A program made the position numbers and the translations under genes. Below, one piece after another: positions 1 through 8,919 of a stretch of 64,000 bases of DNA. Positions within the stretch are counted from its first letter, which is position 1; each line of letters begins with the position of its first letter. This stretch comes from Deltaproteobacteria bacterium (GTDB lineage: Bacteria > CG2-30-53-67), in NCBI GenBank assembly GCA_013151235.1, contig JAADIO010000048.1:23559-87558 (forward strand). Reading direction: 5' to 3'. The notes beneath the pieces are model-generated. The model worked only from the letters and a program-made list of their open reading frames with translations. It did not search any database and was not told the DNA's origin.

Positions 1-213
1 TTCTGCTGATTGTCCGGAATTTTCTAAGGAGCCCTTTGAAAATCTCTTTTTCTGCTGAAAAGTAAGAAAAGATTATTTCCCTTCAGGGCAGAAATTTTCT
101 TTTTGTTTCAAGGAAGATAGAGATTGTTTCCCGGCCCGTCCGGGTTCCTGCAGGAAATCTTTCTTGCAGCAGTCCTACTTTCGTTGCAGTGAATGACGCA
201 CTTGTTTTTTGGA

Positions 214-229
214 TGGCATGTGACTTGCA
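214..229 (+). promoter_or_regulatory. Candidate sigma-54 (-24/-12) promoter
   Basis: TGGCATGTGACTTGCA fits TGGCAC-N5-TTGCW with the correct GG/GC spacing. It lies about 58 nt upstream of the ATG at 288. Confidence 0.6.
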
Positions 230-287
230 AAAAGTGAGTTCTGCCTGCCGAAAAACTGTAAAGAATATGAAACCGAGGAGCATGTGA

Positions 288-1379
288 ATGAGTGATCGAG
301 GAATGGTTTTGATCGTGGATGATGAAATCGGTCCTGTGGAATCGATGCGGATGATCTTAAAACCCCACCATCATGTCGATACCGCCGGCAGTGGAGCGGA
401 GGCGTTACGGATGTTGTCTCAAAAGCAGTATGATGTGGTCACCCTCGATTTGAACATGCCCGATATGCACGGCATTGATGTACTTAAAAAGATCAGGGAG
501 GATCATGAAGAGGTTGAAGTAATTGTCGTCACCGGTTACGGGACCCTGACAACGGCACAGCAGGCACTCCGGTATAATGTTTTTGACTACATTACCAAGC
601 CCTTTGACGTCTCGGACCTGATTCGTGTGGCGGATGCCGCAGTTCAAAAGAAGCGTCTTCGGCAAGAGAGTCACCGGGAGATTTCCGAATTTCAGTGCAT
701 GAGCCATTCGAGGGATGAACGACAGGCTCGGGAAGTAGCCATTGAAGTTCCCCTGCAGAATGCATGTTCTTATTACCATGATCTCAGCCTCATGGATTTT
801 ATCAAAGTCCTCTCCCGGATTCTGGAAGAGAAAAGTCCCAGTATGCATTATCATTCCGTTCGGGTGGATCGGTTTTCCCGGGTGATCGCGGAAGAGATCG
901 GACTACCCCGGCAAGAGAGAGATTATCTGACCATTGCCGCTTTTCTCCATGATATCGGCAAGGTAGGAATCAACAACAGTACACTGAACAAGGCGGGGGC
1001 ACTGAGCGCCCATGAATGGGAGGAGATGCGGGAACACCCTTCCCGCGGGGTGGAACTGGTCCGACCGCTCTGTCTGCCCGAGGAGGTCCTTTCCATCATT
1101 CTCCATCATCACGAATCCTACGACGGTAGTGGCTATCCCCACGGGCTGAAGGGAAATGAGATTCCTCTTTGTGCACGGATTATCGGGATCATCGACAGTT
1201 ACGATGCCATGATCTCCAATCGTCCTTACCGAAAGGCCCGTCCTATGGGATGGGTCATCCGGGAGTTGCGGGACTGTGCCGGGACACAGTTTGACCCGGA
1301 GATCATCGATGTCTTCATCAACTGTTTGCAGTACCAGCAGGAGTTGCAGCCGGTTCAGGCCTGCCAACTTTCCCTTTGA
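288..1379 (+). CDS. Response regulator with REC receiver and HD-GYP output domain
   Basis: 363-aa ORF. N-terminal receiver motifs: VLIVDDE, TLDLNMPDMHG, KPF. C-terminal HD-GYP motifs: HDIGKVG, HHHESYDGSGYPHGL. Confidence 0.9.
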   Translation: MSDRGMVLIVDDEIGPVESMRMILKPHHHVDTAGSGAEALRMLSQKQYDVVTLDLNMPDMHGIDVLKKIREDHEEVEVIVVTGYGTLTTAQQALRYNVFDYITKPFDVSDLIRVADAAVQKKRLRQESHREISEFQCMSHSRDERQAREVAIEVPLQNACSYYHDLSLMDFIKVLSRILEEKSPSMHYHSVRVDRFSRVIAEEIGLPRQERDYLTIAAFLHDIGKVGINNSTLNKAGALSAHEWEEMREHPSRGVELVRPLCLPEEVLSIILHHHESYDGSGYPHGLKGNEIPLCARIIGIIDSYDAMISNRPYRKARPMGWVIRELRDCAGTQFDPEIIDVFINCLQYQQELQPVQACQLSL

Positions 1380-1491
1380 CAGAGAAAAAACTTTATGGTA
1401 TCCAGGCTTCCTGTGCGAAAACGTTCTGCTTTGGCAGGTCAACGTTGCCTCGTGAGTACCGATCCCGAACATTCACAGGAAGGAAGGCAAG

Positions 1492-1992
1492 ATGCCGATC
1501 TACGAATTTTATTGCTCCGAATGTCACCGAATCTATAATTTTCTCTCCCGCTCCGTTCAAATAAAAAAACGTCCCGATTGTCCGCAGTGCGGCAAAAAGG
1601 AGCTTGCAAAGCAGGTTTCCCTCTTCGCGATTTCCAGGGGACGGGAGGAGGGGGAGTCCGGGGAGCTTCCTGACATCGACGAGGCGAAGATGGCGAAGGT
1701 CATGGAGTCAATGGCCGGTGAAGTGGAAGGGATGGATGAGGAGGATCCCCGCCAGGCCGCGCAGCTCATGCGGAAGCTCTATGATGCAACAGGCCTGAAT
1801 CTGGGGCCCGGCATGGAAGAGGCCATCCACCGGATGGAGGCGGGTGAGGATCCCGACCGGATCGAGGAAGAATTAGGGGACCTCCTCGAAAACGAAGATC
1901 CCTTTTCCGCCGGGACGAAGCAGGGGACGCTTAAGAACTTTTCCAGAAAGATCCTTCCCCCTTCCACCGATGACACCCTCTACGAGATGTAG
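1492..1992 (+). CDS. FmdB-family zinc-ribbon protein with acidic C-terminal tail
   Basis: N-terminus MPIYEFYCSECHRIY...CPQCG is the CxxC..CxxC signature of the FmdB/CxxC_CxxC_SSSS family. The rest is Glu/Asp-rich. Confidence 0.7.
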   Translation: MPIYEFYCSECHRIYNFLSRSVQIKKRPDCPQCGKKELAKQVSLFAISRGREEGESGELPDIDEAKMAKVMESMAGEVEGMDEEDPRQAAQLMRKLYDATGLNLGPGMEEAIHRMEAGEDPDRIEEELGDLLENEDPFSAGTKQGTLKNFSRKILPPSTDDTLYEM

Positions 1993-1998
1993 TTATGC

Positions 1999-3927
1999 TC
2001 AACGATGGGGGGGGCTCTTCCGGAAGGCTTCTTCGATGACCTCTTTCGTCTTCTCCGTGGCCGGTTCCCCCGTTTTTGCATCGATCCTGCGAAAGACGAT
2101 TCCTTTGGGCACCGGGAAGTAGGAAGGGGCATGATTTTTCAGCGCCCCCTGCAGCAGGGCGACGAAGATCGGTCCTGCCGCACGGGCGCCTGTTTCGCCC
2201 GGTCCGATCGACTGCCGGTCATCGTAGCCGACCCAAATCCCGGCGGCAAGTTCCGGGGTATACCCGATAAACCAGGCGTCACTGTAATTGTCGGTGGTTC
2301 CCGTTTTTACGGCGACCGGGCGGTTCAGGCTTCGGGCGATCCGTCCCGTGCCGGACTGGGTAACTCCCTCGAGGAGGTAGGTGATGAGAAAGGCGGTCTG
2401 CTCATCTACAGCGACGCTTTGTTCCGGCCGGTGTTCCTTCAGGAGGTGTCCTTCGCTGTCATAGATCCGGGTCAGGAAATGGGGACGGGAATAGATCCCC
2501 TCTGCGGCGAAGGTTGCGTAAGCACTGGTCAGCTCCATCAGAGACACCTCGGAGGTCCCGAGGGCAAGAGAGAGATAAGGTTTCAGGGGGCTTTCAATCC
2601 CCAGTTTGTGAGCCAGGTTGATGACCGGTGTGAACCCGATCTCCCGCAGGAGACGGACCGTGGGTACATTGAGGGAACGTTCGAGGGCATATCGCAGTGT
2701 CACCGGTCCATGAAAGACGTGCTCGAAGTTCTGCGGTGTCCAGCTCTTTCCCGTGTCGGCATCCGTACAGGTGATGGGGAGGTCCATCAGAAGATCCGAA
2801 AGCTTGTGACCCGATCGGAGGGCGGCGGCAAAGATCAGCGGTTTAAAGGCGGATCCGGGCTGCCGTTTCGCCTGTACCGCCCGGTTGAACTGACTGACGG
2901 CATAGGAGCGCCCCCCGACCATTGCCTCGATGGCGCCGGTTCGCGGGTTCAGTACGATCACCGCTCCCTGAAGCGGCTCAATTGCAGGGGGTGTCCGGCG
3001 GGCCTCGATCTTGTTCAATCCTTCCTGTAGTGCCTTCTGTGCGATCTTCTGGATCCGTACATTCAAGGTAGTGTGAAGGGTCAGGCCTCCCTCGTAGAGT
3101 TCCTTCCGGCCGAATCGCTCTGCTACCTTCCGGACAACGGACTCAACGAAGTAGGGTGCCCGGTTGCCGTAATCCCCGTTTCGACGATCGGGTATCGGTT
3201 CGGCCCGGGCCTGCTCCGCCTCCTTGCGTGTGATGTATCCTTCAACAACCATCCTTTCCAACACCAGGTTCCGCCGTCTGCGTGCTGCTTCCGGATGGGT
3301 CAGCGGGGAGTATCGCTCCGGAGATTTCGGGAGCCCCGCGAGCAGGGCTGCCTCCGCCAGGGAAATTTTCGAGATCTTTTTGCCGAAGTACTTTTCCGAT
3401 GCCGTCTGGACCCCGTAGCAGCCGGATCCGAGATAGATCTGGTTGAGATAAAAGTTCAGGATCTGGTCTTTTGTGTAGTGCTGCTCGATCTGCAGGGTCA
3501 GGATGGCTTCCTTGATTTTGCGGATCAGTGTCCGTTTCGAAGAAAAGAAGAGGACCTTGCTCAACTGCTGCGTGATGGTACTTCCCCCTTCAATAATCCT
3601 GCCCGCAGCGATGTCCCGGATCAATGCACGGGCGACCCCCCGGAAGTCGATTCCATGGTGGAAATAAAACCGGCTGTCCTCCACGGCGATCACGGCCTGT
3701 CGGAGAAATTCCGGGATCCGGGCAAAGGGGACGACCTCCCGTTTTTCGAGAAACAGTTCTTCGATGACCGTGCCGTCGTCCGCGAGGATACGGGAGGCCT
3801 GGCTGGGCTGGAAGTTTTCCAACTGCGTGACGTCGGGCAGCCGGACCAGCCGGGAAAAGAGTCCGCCCGTAAAGATGCCGAGGAGGAGAATGCCGCCGAG
3901 GAGGAGAAAGTAGGTACGTAGTTTCAT
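1999..3927 (-). CDS. mrcA: Class A penicillin-binding protein (glycosyltransferase + transpeptidase), PBP1A type
   Basis: GT51 motif EDSRFYFHHGID. Transpeptidase motifs SAFKP (SxxK), SLN and KTGTT. Start placed at the internal ATG (MKLRTYFLLLGG, TM anchor) rather than the 740-aa ORF start. The ATG overlaps the upstream stop (ATGA). Confidence 0.92.
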   Translation of the reverse strand: MKLRTYFLLLGGILLLGIFTGGLFSRLVRLPDVTQLENFQPSQASRILADDGTVIEELFLEKREVVPFARIPEFLRQAVIAVEDSRFYFHHGIDFRGVARALIRDIAAGRIIEGGSTITQQLSKVLFFSSKRTLIRKIKEAILTLQIEQHYTKDQILNFYLNQIYLGSGCYGVQTASEKYFGKKISKISLAEAALLAGLPKSPERYSPLTHPEAARRRRNLVLERMVVEGYITRKEAEQARAEPIPDRRNGDYGNRAPYFVESVVRKVAERFGRKELYEGGLTLHTTLNVRIQKIAQKALQEGLNKIEARRTPPAIEPLQGAVIVLNPRTGAIEAMVGGRSYAVSQFNRAVQAKRQPGSAFKPLIFAAALRSGHKLSDLLMDLPITCTDADTGKSWTPQNFEHVFHGPVTLRYALERSLNVPTVRLLREIGFTPVINLAHKLGIESPLKPYLSLALGTSEVSLMELTSAYATFAAEGIYSRPHFLTRIYDSEGHLLKEHRPEQSVAVDEQTAFLITYLLEGVTQSGTGRIARSLNRPVAVKTGTTDNYSDAWFIGYTPELAAGIWVGYDDRQSIGPGETGARAAGPIFVALLQGALKNHAPSYFPVPKGIVFRRIDAKTGEPATEKTKEVIEEAFRKSPPHR

Positions 3928-4835
3928 TCCGGGTCCCCGGCCGTCGGGAGGGTGAGCCAGAGGCCCCGTACGCGATCCCTTTGGTATTCCAGACCGACCC
4001 TGCCGCCCTGGACGCGGATCAGCTCCCGGGCGATCCGGGCGCTGAGGCTGCATCCTCCGGAGGTGGGAGGGTTCGTGGTCTCTGCGGGGAAGAGTTTTCG
4101 GAAGAAGTTGTCCAGGAGTTGTTCTTCCATGCCTGTGTGCCGGACAATCATGGAAATACGGACGAAATTCTCCTTTCCATGACAAGGTTCCGGCAGGGAA
4201 TTTCCTTTCCGGTTGCTGCATTGTGCGTGCAAAAGAATCTCTCCTTCCGACAGGACGTGGGAGATCTTCCCAAGCAGTCGTGTCAGGATTTGTTGCAGGC
4301 GTTCGGCATCAGCATACAGAGGAGGAAGGGAGTCCGGGACCTCGCAGGTGATGATGCACCCTTTTCCTTTGTTTTCTTCGCCAAGTTTTTCGACGGTTTC
4401 CCGGAGTGCTTCCGCCGGTGAGAGGGCGGTCCGGTTTAACAAGAGTGTGCCCGATGAAATCATCTCCATCTCCAGGAGGTCATTGACCTGATCCGTCAGA
4501 GAACGGGCACTGTTGAGGATAATTCCCAGATCTTTTCGCTGCGGTTCCGTCAGTTCTCCCTCCATGCCGGAGAGGAGGATCTCGGTAAAACCGATAATGT
4601 TGTTTAAGGGACTGCGGAGATCATGGACGACGGAGTGGATGATTTCGGTCTGTTCCTTTTTCCGATGTATCTCTTTTTGATGTAAATGCTTCAGTTCTGC
4701 AAGGAGCCCGGCCTCTTTTTCCTGTTTCAGGAGCAGGCTGCTTTTGAGTTTTTTCCCGCGGATGAGGAGAATGAGGAGGGCTGAAAGCATGAGGAGGGAA
4801 AAAACGCACAGGAAAATGGTCAATGTGTTATTCAT
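3924..4835 (-). CDS. Membrane histidine-kinase-like protein (intact H-box, divergent ATP-binding motifs)
   Basis: One N-terminal TM helix, a coiled coil, and the HisKA H-box HSVVHDLRSPLNNIIGF. The C-terminal HATPase-like region has N, G1 and G2 boxes that look substituted. Start taken at MNNTLTIF (4835), downstream of the predicted extended -10. Confidence 0.75.
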   Translation of the reverse strand: MNNTLTIFLCVFSLLMLSALLILLIRGKKLKSSLLLKQEKEAGLLAELKHLHQKEIHRKKEQTEIIHSVVHDLRSPLNNIIGFTEILLSGMEGELTEPQRKDLGIILNSARSLTDQVNDLLEMEMISSGTLLLNRTALSPAEALRETVEKLGEENKGKGCIITCEVPDSLPPLYADAERLQQILTRLLGKISHVLSEGEILLHAQCSNRKGNSLPEPCHGKENFVRISMIVRHTGMEEQLLDNFFRKLFPAETTNPPTSGGCSLSARIARELIRVQGGRVGLEYQRDRVRGLWLTLPTAGDPE

Positions 4836-4889
4836 TGTTTTTGCCCGGGGGAACAGGGTGCGATTTCGTTGATCACAAGACAATTTAAC

Positions 4890-4898
4890 ATTATACCA
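4890..4898 (-). promoter_or_regulatory. Extended -10 promoter element (TGGTATAAT) for the kinase/PBP1A unit
   Basis: The reverse complement reads TGGTATAAT (TGnTATAAT consensus). It sits about 55 nt upstream of the ATG at 4835. Confidence 0.45.
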
Positions 4899-4935
4899 CA
4901 GGGCTTCGGGAGTGCGAGAGAGTATTCCCCCCTGT

Positions 4936-4964
4936 TTGACATAGCATAAAACCTATTATAAAAT
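4936..4964 (+). promoter_or_regulatory. Sigma-70-like promoter for uvrB (TTGACA-N17-TAAAAT)
   Basis: TTGACA at 4936-4941, 17-nt spacer, TAAAAT at 4959-4964. It sits about 30 nt upstream of the GTG start. Confidence 0.5.
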
Positions 4965-4994
4965 AAAGGAAAAATCAATTTTCCCGAGGATTTT

Positions 4995-7004
4995 GTGAAC
5001 CGGTTCCGTATTGTCTCGAATTTTGTCCCCTGCGGGGACCAACCGGAAGCGATCCAGAAACTTTCCACCTGGATTCGTGAGGGGCGTCCCCATTCGGTAT
5101 TGCTCGGAGTGACCGGCTCGGGGAAGACCTATACCCTGGCGAAGGTGATCGAAGAGGTCGGCAAAACGACCCTGTTGATCGCTCCGAACAAGACTCTGGC
5201 CGCCCAGCTCTACAACGAACTGAAATCCTTTTTTCCCGAAAATGCCGTTGAGTATTTCGTCAGTTATTACGATTACTATCAGCCGGAGGCCTATCTTCCT
5301 TCAACGGATACCTATATCGAGAAGGATTCCTCCATCAACGATGAGATCGACAAACTGCGTCATTCCGCCACCCGGTCTCTCCTTGAGAGAAACGACGTGA
5401 TTATTGTTGCCTCCGTTTCGTGTATCTACGGTCTCGGGTCGCCCGAGGCCTACCATGGTATGTTGGTCTACCTGGAGGAGGGGTGCGAGACGGACCGTGA
5501 CGTTTTGCTGAAGAAGCTGGTGGAAATCCAGTACCGGCGTAACGAAATTGATTTCAAGCGGGGGACCTTTCGGGTGCGGGGCGACGTGGTGGAGATCCTG
5601 CCGGTTTATTCCGATACGGCCATCCGGGTGGAATTTTTCGGGGACGTGGTGGAGGCGATATCCGAGGTCGATTCCCTAACGGGGAAGCGGCTTCGTTCGA
5701 TTCCCAAGATCGCCCTCTATCCCGGGAGCCATTACGTGACTCCGAAGGAGCGGCTGGAAAAGGCCCGTGAGGCCATCCTGAAGGAATTGCGGGACCGGGT
5801 GACCGAATTGGAGCGGGAGAACAAGCTCGTGGAGGCCCAGCGGTTGGAGCAGCGGACACTCTTTGACTTGGAGATGATCCGCGAGGTCGGTTATTGCCAG
5901 GGGATCGAAAACTATTCCCGGCACCTCACGGGACGACTGCCGGGCCGGCCGCCGCCGACACTGATCGACTATCTTCCGAAGGATTCCCTTGTGATGATCG
6001 ATGAGAGTCATGTGACGGTTCCACAGTTGAACGGGATGTACCGCGGCGACCGGTCCCGGAAGGAGACCCTGGTGAATTTCGGATTCCGTCTTCCCTCGGC
6101 GTTTGATAATCGTCCGCTCCGTTTTGAAGAGTTTGCCGAACTGGTCCCGCAGACGGTCTATGTCTCAGCGACGCCGGGCCCGTTCGAACTGGAAAAGGCC
6201 GGGGAGCGGGTGGCGGAACAGATCATTCGGCCCACCGGACTGCTCGACCCGGAGATCATTGTCCGGCCTGTGGAGGGGCAGGTGGATGATCTGCTCCATG
6301 AAATTCGTGTACGGATCAAACGGTACGAGCGGGTCCTGGTGACCACGTTGACCAAACGGATGGCAGAGGATCTGACCGATTATTATTCCGATCTCGGGGT
6401 CAGGGTCCGGTATCTCCATTCCGATGTGGAGACGTTGGAACGGATGGAGATTCTCCGGAGTCTCCGTAAAGGAGAGTTTGATGTTCTCGTCGGGATTAAC
6501 CTGCTGCGAGAGGGGCTCGATCTTCCGGAGGTATCGCTGGTGGCCATCCTCGATGCGGACAAGGAAGGGTTTCTCCGTTCGGCGCGTTCCCTGATTCAGA
6601 CGTCGGGGCGGGCGGCCCGAAATGCCGGGGGGCAGGTTCTCTTTTACGCTGACCGGGTTACCGATTCGATGGCCCGGGCGATTGGAGAGACGGAACGGCG
6701 GCGGAAGATTCAGCAGGATTACAATGAGAGGATGGGGATTACGCCGAAGACCATTGAAAAAGAGATCCCCGCAAGTCTCGTTGAAATGTGTGAGGCCGAT
6801 TACGCAGGTGTCCCCCGGGTGGAGGAGGAGGGGGAAGAGTATCTGTCGGAAAAGGAACTGGCGGCAAAATTGGATATACTGGAAGAGGAGATGCTGAAGG
6901 CGGCCCGGGAGCTGGAGTTCGAACGGGCGGCGGAGTTACGGGATCAGCTGATTGCACTGAAGGACCGTCAGGTAGGGGTGAAGACGGCGGGCATTGGGAA
7001 ATAG
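4995..7004 (+). CDS. uvrB: Excinuclease ABC subunit B
   Basis: 669 aa. GDQPEAI, Walker [13 protein letters not shown] box, helicase C motifs and a C-terminal UVR domain ([14 protein letters not shown]). GTG start. Confidence 0.97.
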   Translation: MNRFRIVSNFVPCGDQPEAIQKLSTWIREGRPHSVLLGVTGSGKTYTLAKVIEEVGKTTLLIAPNKTLAAQLYNELKSFFPENAVEYFVSYYDYYQPEAYLPSTDTYIEKDSSINDEIDKLRHSATRSLLERNDVIIVASVSCIYGLGSPEAYHGMLVYLEEGCETDRDVLLKKLVEIQYRRNEIDFKRGTFRVRGDVVEILPVYSDTAIRVEFFGDVVEAISEVDSLTGKRLRSIPKIALYPGSHYVTPKERLEKAREAILKELRDRVTELERENKLVEAQRLEQRTLFDLEMIREVGYCQGIENYSRHLTGRLPGRPPPTLIDYLPKDSLVMIDESHVTVPQLNGMYRGDRSRKETLVNFGFRLPSAFDNRPLRFEEFAELVPQTVYVSATPGPFELEKAGERVAEQIIRPTGLLDPEIIVRPVEGQVDDLLHEIRVRIKRYERVLVTTLTKRMAEDLTDYYSDLGVRVRYLHSDVETLERMEILRSLRKGEFDVLVGINLLREGLDLPEVSLVAILDADKEGFLRSARSLIQTSGRAARNAGGQVLFYADRVTDSMARAIGETERRRKIQQDYNERMGITPKTIEKEIPASLVEMCEADYAGVPRVEEEGEEYLSEKELAAKLDILEEEMLKAARELEFERAAELRDQLIALKDRQVGVKTAGIGK

Positions 7005-7074
7005 AAATTGGAAAGTGGAAGATAGAAATTCGGGAATTCGCAAATTGAAAACAGCGGAAAAGAAGACGACAGCC

Positions 7075-8919
7075 ATGAAAGAGTCCATCCGGGAGACGGT
7101 GAAGGGCCTGCCTGCTTCGCCCGGTGTGTATATGATGAAGGACCGGGAAGGGAAGATCCTCTATGTGGGGAAGGCCAAGAATCTTCGAAACCGGGTCCGT
7201 TCCTATTTTGTGCCGAAGGCGCATCATACGGCGAAGACGGAGGTGATGCTTTCCAGGGTTTTCCAGGTCGATTTCATGGTCACGGCATCGGAGGTGGAGG
7301 CCTTCATCCTGGAGAGCAACCTGATCAAGAAGAATCGCCCCCGTTACAATATTCTTCTGAAGGACGACAAACATTATCCCTATCTCCGGCTGACCGTGCA
7401 GGAGGAATTCCCCCGCCTTGAGGTGGTCCGGAAAGTCGGGAAGGACGGGGCGCTTTATTTCGGTCCCTATGTTCCGGGAAGCCGTCTTCGCTCCACCCTC
7501 GATCTGATCGAACGGACCTTTCCCCTCCGAAAGTCAAAGCGGAAGATCGAAGGGACAGGGAATCGGCCTTGCCTCAATTACCAGATCGGTCGTTGTCTTG
7601 CGCCCTGTGCCGGGAAGATTTCAAAGACGGAGTATGGACGGATCGTGCAGGAGGTGACGCTCTTTCTCAAGGGAAGGAACCGGATACTCCTCCGGAAGCT
7701 TCGGAGCGGGATGGAGACGGCCGCCCGCGACCTGAAATTTGAAAAGGCGGCACGGCTCCGGGACCAGATCCGGAGGATCGAACGGGTGACGGAACGGCAG
7801 AAGATCATCTCCACCGCCCTGGAGGACAAGGATGTCCTGGGCGTGGCCCATGCAGGCAATACGGCTTGTGTGGAGATCCTCTTTGTCCGGGGCGGAAGAC
7901 TTCTTGGAAAGAAGGAGTTCTTTTTCGAGCTTCCCGAAGACGACCCTTCCGGGGTGCTTCTGCATTCCTTCCTGTCCCTGTATTACGGAGAGGAGAGCCT
8001 GATCCCGCCACGGATCTTTGTGCCCGGCAAGGTTCCGGACGGGGAGACATTGGAATGGGCCTTGACCGCTCTGCGGGGGCGGCGGACACGGATCGTGACC
8101 CCGCACCGGGGGTTGAATCATCAGTTGATTCGTATGGCGAATGAAAATGCCGAACTTGCGCTTCAGGGATACCTGCGGGAGAAAGACCGGGACCGGATCC
8201 TCCTGAAAGACCTGCAAAAACGGGCGGATCTGCAGCGTTTCCCGCAACGGATCGAGGCCTTCGACATTTCCAATATCCAGGGAGAATTCCCCGTGGCGTC
8301 AATGGTGGTCTTTGAAAACGGACGTCCCCGTAACTCCCATTACCGCCACTTCCGGGTCCGATCGGTTGCGGGGGCGAATGACTACGCCATGATGGAAGAG
8401 GTCCTCATGCGCCGCTATCGTCCGGAACCGGAGGCGCCCCTCCCGATGCCGGACCTCATCATGGTCGACGGCGGCAAGGGGCAGCTCCATGTGCTGTGCC
8501 GTGTGTCGGAAGAGATCGGTTTTGCCTCCCGGACGGACCTGATGGCCCTGGCCAAGGCCCGGCCGGGGAGGGGAGACGACTCCGTGGATCGCATTCTGCG
8601 TCCCGGATGGAAAACGGAGATCCGGTTGAAACCGGACGATCCCGTGATCCATCTTCTGCAGCGGGTCCGGGATGAGTCTCATCGTTTTGCGATCAACTAT
8701 TACCGGAAACTCCATACGAAAGATCTTCTCTCGACGCAGCTTCTTGAAATTCCGGGGGTGGGCCGCAAAAGGAGCCTTTCGCTCCTGAAGCATTTCGGGA
8801 GCCTCCGCCAGGTACGGGAAGCGAGTTTGGAGGAACTATTGTCTGCGCCCGCAATCAACCGGGAGGTGGCCCTGCGGATCTATCATTCATTTCATTCCAG
8901 GGGGAATGCTGCGCCATGA
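7075..8919 (+). CDS. uvrC: Excinuclease ABC subunit C
   Basis: GIY-YIG motif (GVYMMKDREGKILYVGKAKNLRNRVRSYF), UVR domain (FEKAARLRDQI), C-terminal HhH. Start moved to the ATG at 7075 (MKESIRE). Confidence 0.95.
   Translation: MKESIRETVKGLPASPGVYMMKDREGKILYVGKAKNLRNRVRSYFVPKAHHTAKTEVMLSRVFQVDFMVTASEVEAFILESNLIKKNRPRYNILLKDDKHYPYLRLTVQEEFPRLEVVRKVGKDGALYFGPYVPGSRLRSTLDLIERTFPLRKSKRKIEGTGNRPCLNYQIGRCLAPCAGKISKTEYGRIVQEVTLFLKGRNRILLRKLRSGMETAARDLKFEKAARLRDQIRRIERVTERQKIISTALEDKDVLGVAHAGNTACVEILFVRGGRLLGKKEFFFELPEDDPSGVLLHSFLSLYYGEESLIPPRIFVPGKVPDGETLEWALTALRGRRTRIVTPHRGLNHQLIRMANENAELALQGYLREKDRDRILLKDLQKRADLQRFPQRIEAFDISNIQGEFPVASMVVFENGRPRNSHYRHFRVRSVAGANDYAMMEEVLMRRYRPEPEAPLPMPDLIMVDGGKGQLHVLCRVSEEIGFASRTDLMALAKARPGRGDDSVDRILRPGWKTEIRLKPDDPVIHLLQRVRDESHRFAINYYRKLHTKDLLSTQLLEIPGVGRKRSLSLLKHFGSLRQVREASLEELLSAPAINREVALRIYHSFHSRGNAAP

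Noticed and set aside
225-238. TTGCAAAAAGTGAG resembles the family A repeat terminus TTTGCAAAAAGTCCG
   Set aside because: The similarity covers only about 11 nt, overlaps the -12 element of the sigma-54 promoter, and has no palindromic body alongside. Treated as coincidence.
3928-4221. 98-codon N-terminal extension of the PBP1A ORF. Similar extensions occur at 12057-12275 (nuoB), 46658-46792 (RAYT), 37237-37311 (carrier) and 35176-35328 (DsrE-like).
   Set aside because: The extensions overlap the upstream gene and are Arg/Pro-rich. They precede internal ATGs that have proper SD or overlap-coupling signals and give canonical N-termini.
4900-4994. SOS (LexA) box upstream of uvrB
   Set aside because: I looked for CTGT-N8-ACAG and for GGTT-type palindromes and found only CTGTTTGACATAGCAT, which lacks the second half-site.
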